DNA of 59,864 nt, filler included, from Platydemus manokwari (GCA_037951405.1; 5 parts of 5 records of this genome joined end to end with filler, not necessarily neighbours in it), one strand, 5' to 3'. Counted from the whole stretch's first letter, positions 36,801 to 51,650 are shown. Numbers and translations: made by a program. The notes: generated by a model from the sequence alone, not told the origin.

Positions 36801-39800
36801 AGTTATTAGCGTTAATTTCGTAGATGATTCGGTGATGAGGAAACACTGGAGAAATTCCAACAAATTAACTTTGACTTGACCTTCTTCTTGTTCAGTTAAA
36901 TTCTTCAAAATATCCATAAATGGCATTGATTTTCAATACAATACATTTACTTTTGATGGTGATATTGCACTGACATTGTTTGGGAATGGTTTTCTTATTA
37001 ATTCACCACATGTTTTAATGATTTGATCGATAGCAAACGATTTTTTCCAACCACGAGCCAATTCGAGAATGCAAATCACCCGATACTGTTCGTCACTTAA
37101 TTTGCTAGATGCAAAAGACGTTGTCGAAGTTTCATTTAAACAAATATCTTGAATCAAATCCGATTGTGAAAAACTTCCGTCCACCAATACAAACTGATCC
37201 AAATGAGGCCAAACTCTTGCTAGGCTTATAAGAATAATTGTAGGGTGTTGTTGTAGTAATGGTTTGATAATACTCAAAATCATTTCACGAACCTTTTCCG
37301 GTCTACCCATTGTCCAACTTGGAGGGATATTATCTTTACTGTGATGGTCTAGAAAGAGCAGTAATAAATGTTACAGTTATTATACACAAACACAAATTTA
37401 ATTGCATTTCTAGGCTTATATATCGATTTTTTCAAAATAGAAAGTTTAAAAGGATATTAAAAAACGGATTAAATCTAAAAGAGAAAACTATCCCAATTTA
37501 ATCAGTCTATTCAGTATCGAATAAAATCAATAGATAAACATCGATCAACGTTCTTTTTGTAGGTTCTAGAATTCTTATCATCTTAAAGCTTTTGAAAATA
37601 TTATTGAAATCATTCCAACTACACTTTCATTTTAATATTCATTAATGATCGATTAACAGACGAATCACATTGTTTGGTGTGATGGATCAATGACTCATAT
37701 GTATGATGTTATATAAAATGTGTGCAGCGAATTATTTCAGGATGGAGTCCATAATTATTAAATTCATATTAAATAAAAGTTCATAAAAACTTTGGCTCGA
37801 ACTTCAGAGAGATTGTTTCAACATGAAATTTGTCGTTAAAGAATTATCCTCGCCAGTACGAATCAAATTAGAATATCTACAATTCAAGATAATAAATACT
37901 ACTCACTGTTCTAAAATTTATAATTCTTTCTTCCAATGAGGTTTTTATCCGTGATACATTACATGTAGGGAAATTATTTATGAAAAGAACGGAATTGATT
38001 CTCAGGAGAAATAAATCATTATGATGACAATATTTACAATGGAAAATTCAGAAGATGCAAAGAAGAGAAATCTATAAAATGCACTCGAACAAGAAACAAA
38101 AAAATAAAAAATCAAATAATAACACTGTGCTGACACGCATATTTTCTTTCTTATCATGTCGTTGAATTTATTATAAATATCGATGAGCATGTCTCCCTCT
38201 TAGTTTAGAGAAATATCAATAAGAAATTGTAATCTAGATGATTTAATGATTAATATAAAGATAATTGATCGCCTCGAGTGACAAGAATAACAAAAGAAGC
38301 AAAACAAATATAAAAACATATAAAAGAAATACTTGTCTCAGATAGCGAGGCTTTTTCCCATAAAATCAGTAAGCTATCGATAATACGAGACATCAATTTG
38401 ATCATATTATTCCGAGCTTCCAGGATATGCTTGCCAGGACTCATTGAGTCTTCTTTAGATAAATTATCCTACACAACAATAATTATTTGGACCAGAAATC
38501 CAACTTTCATTAATGAATACCCTGGTTCTGTTGAAAAGAGAGCCTAAAAAACTTTGTTCAGATGACGAACCTTTTTCTTCTTGTAATTGATAACTCTTTA
38601 ACGCCTCGTCAAGTAAAAGAAAATGACAAATCGCTTTCAAACACAACAATGTGCTTAAAGAATAATCCAATGGCAATGTATTGGCTTCACTAACAATGTT
38701 CAATCAATAAAAAACATTAATGAAAAAAGAATAAGAATTACGATTTTTCAGATATTTGATTGTTTAAAACAATACTTGTGCAACTTTCGTAAAGTTGGGC
38801 GGTTAATCTGATATTTTTGCATAATTTTCTTACTATAGGCATTAGGACTGCACTAGTACTTCGACCCCAAACACCAAGAGAACTTATGACAAATTGATAA
38901 CAATACGAATGTAAATATCTCAATTTGATTGCTCCAATACAGGCAACAATCGATGTAAGCAAAATCGATTGTCGAGATACAGCAATGTATGGATTAGAAC
39001 CCTGATAATAAGTGGAAAATAAATCTTTATTGACGATTGGTAATGGGAGTTTGATTTCTTTCTTAGGTGATCGCGATGCTGAAAACAGTATTATGTCAGG
39101 AGAAATTATTATATAGACTCACTTAGAGATCGTACACTTCCAGTTTCATTTAATTTGATGATATTCGACAATACAGAACCAGCATTGAGTCCATAATCAA
39201 GCTTGAGAACGTTCAGAACAAGACGCATCAATGTAACTTGTGCGGTATCACGAACCCGTTGATCCAAATCACATTCATTAAATAGAATAACAGAATCAGA
39301 TAAAATGTCAGAGGAAACGTTATCAGGTCGAGTTATTGATGTCGACATGCAATGTAAAGCAAATCGTGCAATAGAGCAACGATCAAAGGATGTTTTGAAT
39401 ATGTTTATGATTTCAGTTTTTGTCTTCGGTTGAGTCACAAAGTCACCTCTGTGATTCACGTAACCTACTTGAAGAATGGTCAACATTTCTTGTATTATAA
39501 AATCAAGAATTTCTGATGCCAGAATTTGAACTTTCTTATTATCAAATAAATCATCAGACGACACTTTGAGACCAGTATCAGTTACTGGATAATAAGAACA
39601 CATAAACCAAGTACAGAGAATCATGATAATTTCTAAATTATTATAATTCTTGAATGCCAACATTTCTTCTACCGTTGGATTCTATCAACATTTTCAGTTA
39701 ATGAAGTTAAATTCAGTAACAATCGAGTTAACCTGATAGAAATTGATACCTTTGAGGGCATTGTTATGTCGGGACAATATTTCCAGGATTTTGTTTTGGT

Positions 39801-41225
39801 AAAACGGTTTTAGTTTGACAGCGTCATTTTTCTCAGGACTCGTTGCAATCAGATTTTCCAATACTGGTATAACGATTCCCGGTAATGATCGAAGAATGAT
39901 TCGAAGTCTAGAAAGAGAATACAGAACCTAAACATGTTTTTAAAAAGCCGTTAATAGTAGAATAAATATCGAAACTAACGCCATTTGAATCGTATATCGA
40001 ACAATAAACAAGGAAATGACTATGAAGGGGATGAATTAAAAAATTAGAATTTGAAATATAGCCATTCTCCAATTGTGCTGACTCTTGAATAGCTGAATCG
40101 GATATGTCTTCAGATAATTCTGTGTAATTAAGCATGTTTTGATTGGATATTAGCCCATCAACATCATCTAATAATGATGATCATTCAATTATAATGTCTA
40201 TGAAATGAACAACCATCGAGATATGAGTGATTATCCCAATTATCTGATCCTTCCTTGGTCGACACAACATTGGTAATAATTTCGTCCATAGATTCTAAGT
40301 ATAACTTTTTGAATCGTACCATTACAATGATAACAAAGACTACCCTTTACATTCGGTTCCATGGTATTGCATATTGTGAATTGAGGTTTAGTTTCATTTT
40401 CTAAATTTTCATTTTTTTCATATTGATTAAAGTCTTGTGGCTAAAATTGACGACAAAATTGAAATGAAATTCCCGAATTGATAATGAGTTATATAGAGAC
40501 AAATTAAGCGTCAACCCATAACCAAAATAATCCCATAACCATAAATAAGCACACAAATAAATATATTCCCAAACAAATACCTCAAATGACAAAGGCATTT
40601 CTTCATTAGAATCAATATCAGATTCATCTTCTGTTGTATTAAATTCTACATCTCCCTTATTTTGATCTTCAAAATGCCATTTTTTTGCATTTTCAGCTGT
40701 TATCTGAGATTGGTCCAAAGGATTTATGTGTAAATGTATAGGAAATTGTTTAAAATTATTATCGATGGGAACTTTTATTAAATGGGAATCGATTAACGAT
40801 TCTGATTTCACACTTTGCATTATACTTTTCGATTTTGCTTTCCTTGATACATCAAGTGTTTGAATCAAATATATGGATGACGTTTTCTAAGATATCATTG
40901 AAAAATATAGAATATGTGTGATAGGAAAGCAATGCAAGTGCGAATTCTTCCACCAAAAAATTGATATAATTTTTTTTAATTATTATTGTTATATAGATAT
41001 GAGGGAACCGAAATCCATTCATTAAAGATAAACACGCAAAAGAGAATATAAAGTTGAGTAAAATAACAACAGGTTCGAACCCACCGAATGAGAGAATTAC
41101 GGAATAGTAGATTTGAGGTTCTATACTATATTGATGAACATTAACGATTATAAACATCGGTCACTCAATGATTTAGTTGTTCGGAAAATCAGTTATGCCA
41201 TTAACAAATCTTCACAATCTTTACA

Positions 41226-41256
<31 letters not shown>

Positions 41257-44200
41257 GTACTATAAATTATAAAACGAAATATTTCTTTGTTGAATTTGAA
41301 TAAGATAATTTTTATTGTGTCAGAACAATGGGAAATAAGATTTCATCATATTTTCTCAAGTATCTCCTAGCCAATGTAGGAAACTTCAAAATTTTAAGAA
41401 CTGAGGAAGGAAAATTTAGTCATTTACTTATTGGGGAAATAAATGATCGATATTTGTAAAGAATTAGTCTCAATTTCGTAAATAATTACTAATTAATTAT
41501 ATAGCTTCATATATGTATATAATCAGTTTTTGTTTTAATATTTATAATCAATTAATCCGTACTTGTTATAATGCGATATTCTAGTAAAAAAATTTAAAAA
41601 ATAATCACTGAAATTAATTCTCAAAACACACCATTGAGCTACAATGGTTTAATTATTTATAATAATTAATTACATTGATTGTGCTCCATTGAAACCAATA
41701 TTATTATCGATTTATTTAAAAATAAAGTATATTTTTATTGACAATCAAGATAGTAGTTTGTCAATTTGGTTTGTAAACATAGATTAATATATTTAGCATT
41801 AATATTTCGAAAATTAATTAAATTTTACATTAAGACCAATAAATCTTATTAAATTAAAAAATTCAAAATCAAATAATAATTTAAACTAGTGTTCGTCAAA
41901 AGGTGGTCGTGAGAAATTTTGACACTGATTTATATTAAGACAAAATATCGATTAAATTTTAAAGAACTGGAATTAGTACTGAGACCAGCCATCACCAAAA
42001 TAGAGCCAAGATTTGATGTTTGATTCCAGAATATGCAAAATTGTTGTTATTATTAAATATATTTTAATTTTTAGGCGTTAACATTTTTTTATTATCTTTA
42101 TTTTAGTCCCTAGAGGTAGCGAAAAAATTCGGATTCGTAAAGTGGGTTGCAACACAAAAAATGTGAAGACCACTGATTAAAACCTTTAATTATTTTGGTC
42201 AATATTATATTTTATTAACCATTTAAAACAAGTGACAAAGGGAAAGCAATTCTAAATGAATGCATTGTGCAATACGAATGAGAAACATTTTCATTAATAT
42301 ATTGGCTTTTTACATAATTAGTTAAATGATTTGTTAGAAATAAAATCGTTAAGATATCATTATGCTTAAGGTCTTAGTTGGAATTTTATCACTATAATAT
42401 ATTAAATATGATATTTGTTACGAGAATATATTGATATAAATCCAAATTGTACATGACATATTAATGCTAATTCAGAATTAATCCACAAATGATTAAATAA
42501 TAGAATCGTGGCGATATTACAAAACCTGTAATAATCGTCAGTGATTCAATCAGAAAATCACTGCTTCTGTTATTGCAGATTATAGCATGTATAGCGTTAC
42601 ATCATAGTTACCAAAGTATGTGATCAAATATTGACAATCACAATACAGAGTATGATCGCATAAAGCAACAATTATATCATAATGATCTCGTTGATCTTGA
42701 CGAAATATTTCCAAATAAATTTGAATAATAATTAATCGATCATTATTTCAGAAATCATTAATTTAATCCATTTCCATATTTGTGATTTATTATTATTATA
42801 ATATATTATTTCATAAAGACATAATATTAACAATGTTGATGAAATTAAAAATAATATTAATAAATTAATCTTACATGAGTATTGGTATTATTGTTAGGTA
42901 AATTGTCAACTGATTTAGGTTTGAGATGATATTGAACATTGCCATTGACATTACTGATCGCATAAATCCGTTTCTCATCGGAAACCATAGCCGAATTTTC
43001 ATTGTCGACATTGATATCTTATATATCGAATATTATAAAGGAATATTTTAAAAATATAATGCCAATACCATTCCGTATTGACTCTTTACAACGTTTGGAG
43101 GCTGAAAGATTTATTAAAACTGGTAACGATATTCTGGCTGTATCGGGTTTCAAAAGACCTAACAAAAGCGGACTAATAATCTTATGAGCGTATCCATCTT
43201 GGAAAGCCTTTTCTAACCAACTTTGGCATAAAGTTCTCAAAACATCAAGTCCCCGACTGGAATCACTGGAGTGATCCAGACTGTCTAGTAAAACTAACAC
43301 ACATCTAAAATATTGGAAACGTTTTTATAATAATTTCTGATAAGCATAATATCAAACTCGCTAAATATATTCAGTCTCAATCATTTAACAAATATTAAAT
43401 TAGAATATCATAAAAAAGTCATGCAAAACGAATAAAACTTAATAGGTTCAAAATAATAAATGAAATCCATAACCAAATCAAATACACAGTGAACATTGTT
43501 TTCAATAATATTATGATGTTTAAATATAAGAAATAATAAAATAGTTCAGCGATATTTCTGTCTGATTATTGCGATTATTATTTAGATCATAGCTGTTAGT
43601 GAAATCTTTTGTGAAAATGAATTTTGAAAATCTAATTACAGCATTTGACTACTCCTCGACCACTACTACAGCCTCAATAATGATGAAAATATTGTCAAAT
43701 CATCACAAATTTGCAAGTACGATAAATATATCTCCTTAACTTAAGGAAATTGAATCGATTCCGAAGTATAGGATGTCATAGGTCTTTCATAGCTGGACAA
43801 GCCATCAGCTTTTCACATGATACAAAATAGAATCCTTTCAACAATCATCGAAATTTGAAAATCCTAATAATCACCATCTTGTCAATCATTAACTTCTGAG
43901 TTGAAAGCATCCATTCTGTTCGTATTCTATACCAGAAGATTTCTTGGAAATACAGAGAGGACCACATTTTTAAAACTTGATATAAACTTAGAAACAAAAA
44001 TTATCCTATTTATTTATTTATAACAAATCTTGAATCATAAAAACCTATTCAATACAGTAACCAAAACAGTCACAGAATCATTGATAACACATTGACAAAG
44101 AGGTTCCAAGACGGAACAACATCAGCGTCAGCTCATTTATAGAATTGAAATAATAGATACATATTTGGAAAGAGTTATTTCTTAGAATAAGCGAAACACT

Positions 44201-47200
44201 TAAAATTTAAGCAATCGATTACATACCACATCAACAAACGCCAGATTCAGGGTAATTTCGATGACCAATAGTATTACAAGAATATTTTTAAATTACTTTG
44301 GCATCAAAACTTTGTTCCAAACACATGATACTAGGGAACAGTTTCGTCAATATTTGTTTCGACACTGTTAAGATGTATTGATTTTTGACAAACCGCACCC
44401 TCAAATAAGAACTAAATTTATATCGCCTGATTCATCTATGGAAAACATGATAAATTAGTTTGTAATTTCTCTGAGTTTTAATACCAAACATTAATAAAAT
44501 ACGAATTTATAGAATTAGATTTATTATTATTATGAATGACTCAACAATTTCTTATACGAAACACAACTCCTTTGTTTGGAACATTTGCCAAGGAGTTCAT
44601 AATAAATCAAACAAAAATTACTTATCAAATGTTCTCATAGCTCCTCGAGACAATAAATGGGATTGATCAATAATCTGAACTGTTTCTTGTTTCGCCAGTA
44701 ATTGCCATAATAAAATGAATCGACGATGTGAATCAACACATTCTTCCAAATTGTCTGTCAACATTTTCTGTAAAATAAGTTCTTCACAAATGCTAGCTGA
44801 TGGAGCGGTTTTATGTAATCTATTGATCAAGTCGACAGTAACTTGGTGACATTGAGGATAATCAATCGAAAGATAATCCCACAACGAAAGTCCAGCACAC
44901 TACAATGCATCACGATCACAGTCAATAATATTAACAATTTATCACAAATAGATTTAATTAATTATTAATAATTTAATTATGGCTTGAAAATATACAAAAT
45001 TGTAAAAGATATCTGAAAGTTTCGAAACACTGGAATAGTATCTATGATTTGAACATCAAGAAAATAATATTTATAGCATCAATATGAAAGCATTTTCTCG
45101 TCAATTTATAATTAGATGTTTGTAATCAATATAAATCAATATAAATTCGAATAACAATAATGATGCCATAATATCGAATAATATATATTTACCTTGAAGA
45201 AATTGGTTTTATTATCAAGTTCATGAATGACTTTCTGTGAAAGAAGTGGTAGAACGATATTTGAATGTGTTAATTGATCATTGTTTGTGTTGGTTGTTAC
45301 ATTGGCAGATGGCAAATCCACATTTTCATGCTCATTAGATAGTGATCGACCTTTGGAAATGATATGTTTTCTGATATTTGTTAATTTAGTTGCCATTGTT
45401 TGATTTTCGAATCCATGAACCATTCTGGTTGCATAAATCAAATCCAGCAAAGTGGACATGGCTATAGATTTTATCGAAAAATTATGAACAAAGCAAGCAG
45501 ATGTTATGAGACATAGAACCCAATGGGGTACATCATGACCATCAATTGTACCTTAACATTATAAACAAATTAAAAAGATTTGTTGAAATATAATTTTACT
45601 GAAAGCATTATTTTCGTCTTCTGCAGGGGACAAACTTTTATCAGCATCGGTTGTCACTGAAAAAAGTGGATACGATGTCATCTCAACTAGTAGTTGGCAA
45701 ATATCATGATAAACTTCAATAATCATAGAATCGATTGATATTCCTAAATACAAACTGTTATAAGCTATTGACACCTTATTCAATGTAGGAAGTCTGAATT
45801 TCTTAGAGTTTTGACAAAATAAGTTCCTTCCACATAGCAAAATCTAAATTTTTAAAATGTTTTAGTAAATAAAATCATTAATTTTCTTATGGGTAATATG
45901 AGAGAAAATCATATAGAACATTATCTTGTGAGCATAAATTCAATGATTAACTAATTTTATCATATTTACGATTAAAAATGAAGTATTAGTCAACACAAAT
46001 TCAAGCATTATTTTATATATTAATGTCCTGGAATTATATATATAAGTCACCGAATTATAAGTCACCGTCTCTAAAGCTAAAATAAATCAACAGAACACAA
46101 TATAATTTATACTCACATATTTATAATCATTGATATTAATTATTATTCACTAATTAATGTACTTTATTTCTTATTTCTTATTAACCAGTTTGGTGAATGT
46201 ATCTGGTGACGTTAAATCTTCGTTTGAGGATAGAGTGTTTATAGTTAACCATGTAATGGTGTACCAGAGTAGTGCCAAAGCTTGACAAGAATTTCAACAA
46301 CATTGCAATCGTGCACCACCAGTTAGGACAACAGTGCAATACTGGGAACAGAAGTTTGAATAAACTGGAAACTTATCCACTAGGTTGCGATCAGGAAGAC
46401 CGTCTGATGAAATCATGAAGGAAAAGGTGGTAAAATTTGTAAGAATGATGGCACAAATCTACGAGAAACTGCACGAGTGTGTATGACTTCAAAAACTTCT
46501 GTTCACAGATATCCCAAGGAAGAAAAAATAGAATCTTTCAAATATTATTTTTTATTTTAGTTTTAAAAATGGAGACTCATAAATCGCACGGTATATAAAA
46601 GAGAATCTAAAGTAAAACATTATTCACCATAAATATCTTCATTTCTATTTATGGTTTGAGGTTTATTTAAAAATACGATAAATGATGAAAAAAAATAAAA
46701 ATTGAATCAAATTATATTTTTAAAAAATTATTTTAAAAATTAAAAATAGCATATTAATATTTATAAAATGATCTTGCTTAAAAATAGTGTTAAAATCTGA
46801 GTTTTAAAATATTTTAAATTATTTAAATTAATAAAATTTAAATTTAAATCTTTTTTTAAAAAAATAAGATGTAATTTAAAAAGTGTGGGCATTTTTATAT
46901 TTGGTTTACAACTGAAGACATATAAGATGGAAATAAATTTTAAATTAAATATTTAAAATTTGTGTGAAAATTGATGTTTTGACGAATGGATTTCTTGTTC
47001 TGTTGTAAATATGACTTTGAATATCAGGAACAAAACAATTTTGGTAACCAACATGGTTTAATATATTATTATTATCATCACATTCCCTCCAAAATTATAA
47101 CAGATAAAATGTCGTAAAGCTAACCAACACATTTGTAAAATACGTGAAAAAATACAGAAAAATAGTTGCCATTAAATATCAGAGATATTATTTCTTAAAT

Positions 47201-49695
47201 ATTATTATCCCCTCCAATTACAAATATCAATATGAATGCTAAAAATTTTCCCTTTATTCCCAAAATCAATATCACTAGAGAAATCATGTAGAACAATATT
47301 GATAATAACAATACAAATTGAATGCTGGACTTTACCTGGTCATTGCTACAACCGAGAACGAAAATAAAAAATTTCCGTGTAAATTCTCTAAACATTTGGA
47401 TAGATTTAGACATCGTTTTATAGCTATTCTGATTGGCGATGTTGCCTGATAATGATGAGTGCTTGGGAGAAACGGGACAAGTTGTTTGACCAGTTGAATT
47501 GTACAAGAAACTCGTTTCGGCAGAAATAATCGAGTCCTAAATATATAAAACTAATGAATGGATATCAGAAATAGTCTTTGTTAATTGATGGCCATTTAAA
47601 CTCGACTCTCCAAAAACCATAGCCAATTAAACTTCTATCTTTACATAAAATAAAAACATGTTTGTATTTAACGAAAAATTGGTGATAATATAAAATATTA
47701 ATACAAGCACGGGGAAACAAATCATTAAAATTTAATAAAAATAATGAAAAAACAAAAATAACATTGTTATAATGAACTAGTAGATTATATTAAGTATTTT
47801 TTTACTGATTTCATTAAAACAAAAAATTATAAATCATACATTTTCTTATGATATAAGGAAAATCATAAAAAAAATACTCGTCATTAAACTTTCTATCGAT
47901 TAATTAATTATCTCAACGAGAAAGAAATTAAAGTTCTATGATAGGACAATTCGATATGATATCGATTCTGTTGTAATTCATTGATTTAAGAAAAAATGAT
48001 ATCGTCAACCCATAACCTTCATAATATCCTACATAAGCCACAAAAATAAAGCATATTTTAAACCACAACCACTTAACATACCTCTTCAAACAGATTCTTC
48101 ACAACAAACTGAATAAATAAATAATTATTATTTTGTTTGTATTTGAAATTTCTCAAGAGAATCACACATGTCTTTAAATTTATTAAATTTGGATATTTAA
48201 ATTTATATTAAGGATTGGTGATAAATAGTTCGAAGGAATATTTGAAATATATTCAATATCGAGTTACTAATCGTTAGTTGGAACAAAAGATATTTCTTGA
48301 ATATAAAATTTAACTCAATCAATATGTAAAATTGGAAAAGATTTTCTATTCTGATATAATAATCATGTAATAGAAATAATCTAGATAATTATCGATTGAT
48401 TACAGTTAAATATTGAAGTATTATTTCTCAGAATAATAAATTGATGATCCAAGATTTTCCAAATGTGAGAAATGTGCTTATTTGAAACCAAATTCAATGA
48501 TTATCACAAATGACCATGGCCAAGTGATAAATAATAGTCTATGTTATTGAAATCACAATCGGTTCCAATCTACTATTGAGGGAATTATTAAATAATCGAT
48601 ATAATATCCGAAACTAATGATACTAAATGTCTATAAAACTTATCTAAAGGTGTTTTACTTATTGGAATTTAAAGTTATTCAATCAGCAAGCTCTCACAAT
48701 TATTACAAAAATTACTTTCGATATCTCCTAAAATTCAAACCAATTCAATTTCAACAGTTTATATCTGGGGATCAATACACGAAATTAAATATTTTAATTT
48801 TCAAAACAATGTCATGACAATTCCAAATTCAGTAGAAATTCTAATAATTTCATTTAGGGCTTCACATTCAACTATTGTTTCTCATTTGTTTAACTAAAGT
48901 GCAATGAATGGAGTAAAGCTTACAAGAACTGAACAAAGAAGCATATTATGTGATATGTAAAAACTACATCAATAAAACAATAAAATAATCCATAATAAAA
49001 ATAAATATCAAAAATCATTGATAAATCGAATTAATCGATCAAACCATTAGAAGATTTGACAGAAAAATTGATAAATTATGAAAATTTTTATAAAATTATG
49101 AAAACCATGTAATGAAATACCTGGGAAATCTTTTCGAAAATCATTCTATAAACCTGAACGATCATTTTAATATTAAGCAATCCTAAGTTTGGAACATGTT
49201 CGACCAGCAAATCTGTTAAACTTGCCAGCAATACTGGCAAATGACGACTGTGCACTTCGGAATAAGTCTCGATTGGCAATCTTATCAGGATGAATTTAAT
49301 GAGTTCACAAATGCGACCAATTGTCATTTCAAAATTCTGAAATTGAGAAGGTATCACCTCTTGATTGATTGCTTTGACAAATAATTTGTTCAAATAACTC
49401 CAAAAGAATGTGCTTTCGAGATTGGCGAAAAATAGATTGGCCGTTTTCAAAAATTCTTCCTGTAAATTGGGTTTGTGTTTCATAGTTTCACGATTTGAAG
49501 AATCACGAGCACTGTTTATTTGGCAATTTACGACCTTGTTCAATTCGATGGATTGCTTTTCTAATATGAAATATTCCTTTTCCAAATAAACAATCAAATT
49601 GAATAGAACATCCTCTATTATGTCACCACCGATCTCAGATCGATCCATAAGCGTTGTAATAATTCGAAATGGTTTTATCGAAGGTAATCGCTCAC
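33862..49695 (-). CDS. DOP1: Dopey/DOP1 (pad-1) endosome-Golgi trafficking protein, partial gene with 23 internal exons
   Basis: All phases are consistent across these GT-AG exons: 49121-49695, 47336-47536, 45600-45843, 45193-45551, 44622-44899, 43069-43304, 42875-43017, 40581-40886, 40344-40440, 40214-40294, 39980-40167, 39733-39927, 39123-39681, 38742-39078, 38521-38689, 38333-38468, 36951-37348, 36730-36902, 35009-35075, 34617-34953, 34496-34569, 34122-34234, 33862-34073 (5478 nt). Dopey motifs: KPFRIITTLMDRSEIG, EFLKTANLFF, HLPVLL, TFDKCVLVLLDSL, LLKPDTARIS, IYAISNVNGNVQYH, IAGSSLEQPSWFRR, SEEKERVLP, SYQHTRRSWRKD, IIDNLMTQDK. The Dopey_N start and the C-terminal end are absent. Confidence 0.95.
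34262..34440. repeat. Degenerate (ATT/ACT/AGT)n trinucleotide microsatellite in a DOP1 intron
   Basis: Directly visible. It creates the spurious Ile-rich N-terminus of ORF 33857-34396. Confidence 0.9.
41887..42175 (+). mobile_element. Non-autonomous hAT (Charlie/SPIN-like) deletion derivative
   Basis: Ends TAGTGTTCGTCAAA ... TGTGAAGACCACTG (imperfect TIR). The 8 bp flanks ATTTAAAC and ATTAAAAC match at 7/8 (TSD). An internal frame TLIYIKTKYRLNFKELELVLRPAITKIEPRFD resembles the hAT C-terminal dimerisation region. Confidence 0.75.
46021..46592 (+). mobile_element. Tc1/mariner (DUF4817/HTH-type) internally deleted element, copy 2
   Basis: Homologous to 9270-9684 in the opposite orientation. 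Encodes a degenerate QEFQQHCNRAPPVRTTVQYWEQKFE*TGNLSTRLRSGRPSD. Repeated ATAAGTCACCG lies at the left end and an inverted degenerate GGAGACTCAT near the right end. Confidence 0.75.
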
Positions 49696-49799
49696 CTAAA
49701 ACAATTTCACACATCAAATGATAAAGTGATCATTGTTGTAAAAGTATAAAATATTTCCATTAATTGAAAAAATTATTAAAATATATCAAAAAAGATATA

Positions 49800-49895
49800 C
49801 TGTAAAATCCCGTGTATAAGCTGCAGATGACATTTTTATAAAAATGTATTTTTTAGTCGTATAAACTACAGCACGTTTAGCTGCACCATTTGCGT
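49800..49895 (+). mobile_element. Left end of a second copy of the 5499-5724 MITE
   Basis: TA|CTGTAAAATCCCGTGTATAAGCTGCAGATGACATTTTTATAAAAATG, cut by the linker. Confidence 0.8.
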
Positions 49896-49995
49896 NNNNN
49901 NNNNNNNNNNNNNNNNNNNNNNNNNNNNNNNNNNNNNNNTTAATTAATTAANNNNNNNNNNNNNNNNNNNNNNNNNNNNNNNNNNNNNNNNNNNN
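49896..49995. other. Artificial assembly linker N44-TTAATTAATTAA-N44
   Basis: Identical 100-nt spacer. Confidence 0.97.
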
Positions 49996-50032
<37 letters not shown>

Positions 50033-50043
50033 AGGAGAGAGAG
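49996..50043. repeat. (GA)n microsatellite at the contig edge
   Basis: Directly visible. Confidence 0.95.
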
Positions 50044-51319
50044 CATGTTATATTTGACTTTAAAACTCCATTGAGGTCACCGATATTAATTTATTAGTTT
50101 GATTTGTTATCTCTTCATCCAAATAAATTCCAGATTGTTTATCTTATTACCAAATATATTTATAGATATTGATTATCATACATGCTTGTGTCATTTTCAA
50201 GTAGAAAAGTATTTGTATCCACATTTCTATCATTATCATCGATATCTCTTAGAGCTCGTGTCGTCATTGTGTGAAAAATGCGACCATCTGAATAAATTGT
50301 TTTCTTCATATCATTGCAATCATACACTAAAATCCGTCAAAATTTATCACTGTGGAATTCATTGTGTAATCGATAATATAATCTAATCGATTTTTTATAA
50401 TATGATCGTAAAATTAATTGATTTTTATTTCTTCTGATTAAGGAGGATTGGATAAAACGGTACAATGTTGTAATTAATTTATTTTAATTAATCCTTCAAT
50501 TATCAGTACTTTCATAAATGAGGTAAACAAAAATAATTAAGGCTTGCCCATTTTGTAGAAAATAAATATCGGTCAGTCGATGGTGATTTTTGAAATTATT
50601 TTCAATTATTAACATAAATATGTTTAATGTTTTCATTCTAAGAAAATTGACGCTTTATTGATTAGCTTTGTAGCGCTTCATTCTCGGAGATAATATTATC
50701 AAATTAATTACTTCATTGATTGTATTGATTATTAATTACGTTGTTAATTATTGCTTTTCTCTGTGAATTACTATTGGTTACCATAGAGATGGTATTTATT
50801 ATTTTTATTGATATTCAATCATTCGATTGAGATTGTGTTGAAATTTATCGATTGGGAATTTATAAGTTTATTTATTTTAAAAATAATCATTATAAATAAT
50901 TATTGATTTTATTAATTTAATGCTGCTATACTAACCAATCATAATTGGTGGAATTTTATGGGTTTATATTTCTATATTTGAGAAACATAATAAACGGCCA
51001 AACTTAATTTTTTTGAACATTTTTATTTCAAATCCATTAACATGACTGTGATATATATTTATATATAATATATTGTCTGCACCGTTGAACTCTTGTTATC
51101 ATTATTTTTGAAACCATGATAGCGTATTATTGATAGCTGACATTATAAAATTATATCGACTACTGAATTGATATTGATAAATCGGAATAAACTACTGTTC
51201 ATCCACAAAATCGAACTTAAAATAAAATATTATTTATAATATCGATTTTATTTTTTTATTACTAAATTTCGGGAAAATTAGTTCCAATATAAGTAATATT
51301 CCATTGAAATTTTTGGTTT

Positions 51320-51650
51320 TTCTAATTGTTTCTGTATCGAAAACTCTACTTATTTATTCTTCTATCTTCTTAATATCTTGTTTTATATTTCCTTTATATA
51401 TTCTCTACAATTTCTTTTATTATTCCTTATGTATTCTCAGTATAGTCTCATATCTTTCTCCTCTTCTATAATTCTGAGTCATTAATCTTTTCAGAATCGA
51501 ATCCAGATGAGTAGTCTCTATATAAGTCGCTACTGTTTTAAAAACCAACATTAAAAACGAACCGAAAAGTCACGACAACAAATTATCAATTCAAATACAA
51601 TTATAGAGATCAATTGATAAAATTTCTTATAAAATTCGAATTAAATCTTT
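51320..51650 (+). repeat. Copy of the same unclassified interspersed repeat
   Basis: CT-rich tract, then TCTTTTCAGAATCGAATCC...TAAGTCGCTACTGTTTTAAAAACCAACATTAAAAACGAACCGAAAAGTCACGACAACAAATT. Confidence 0.8.
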
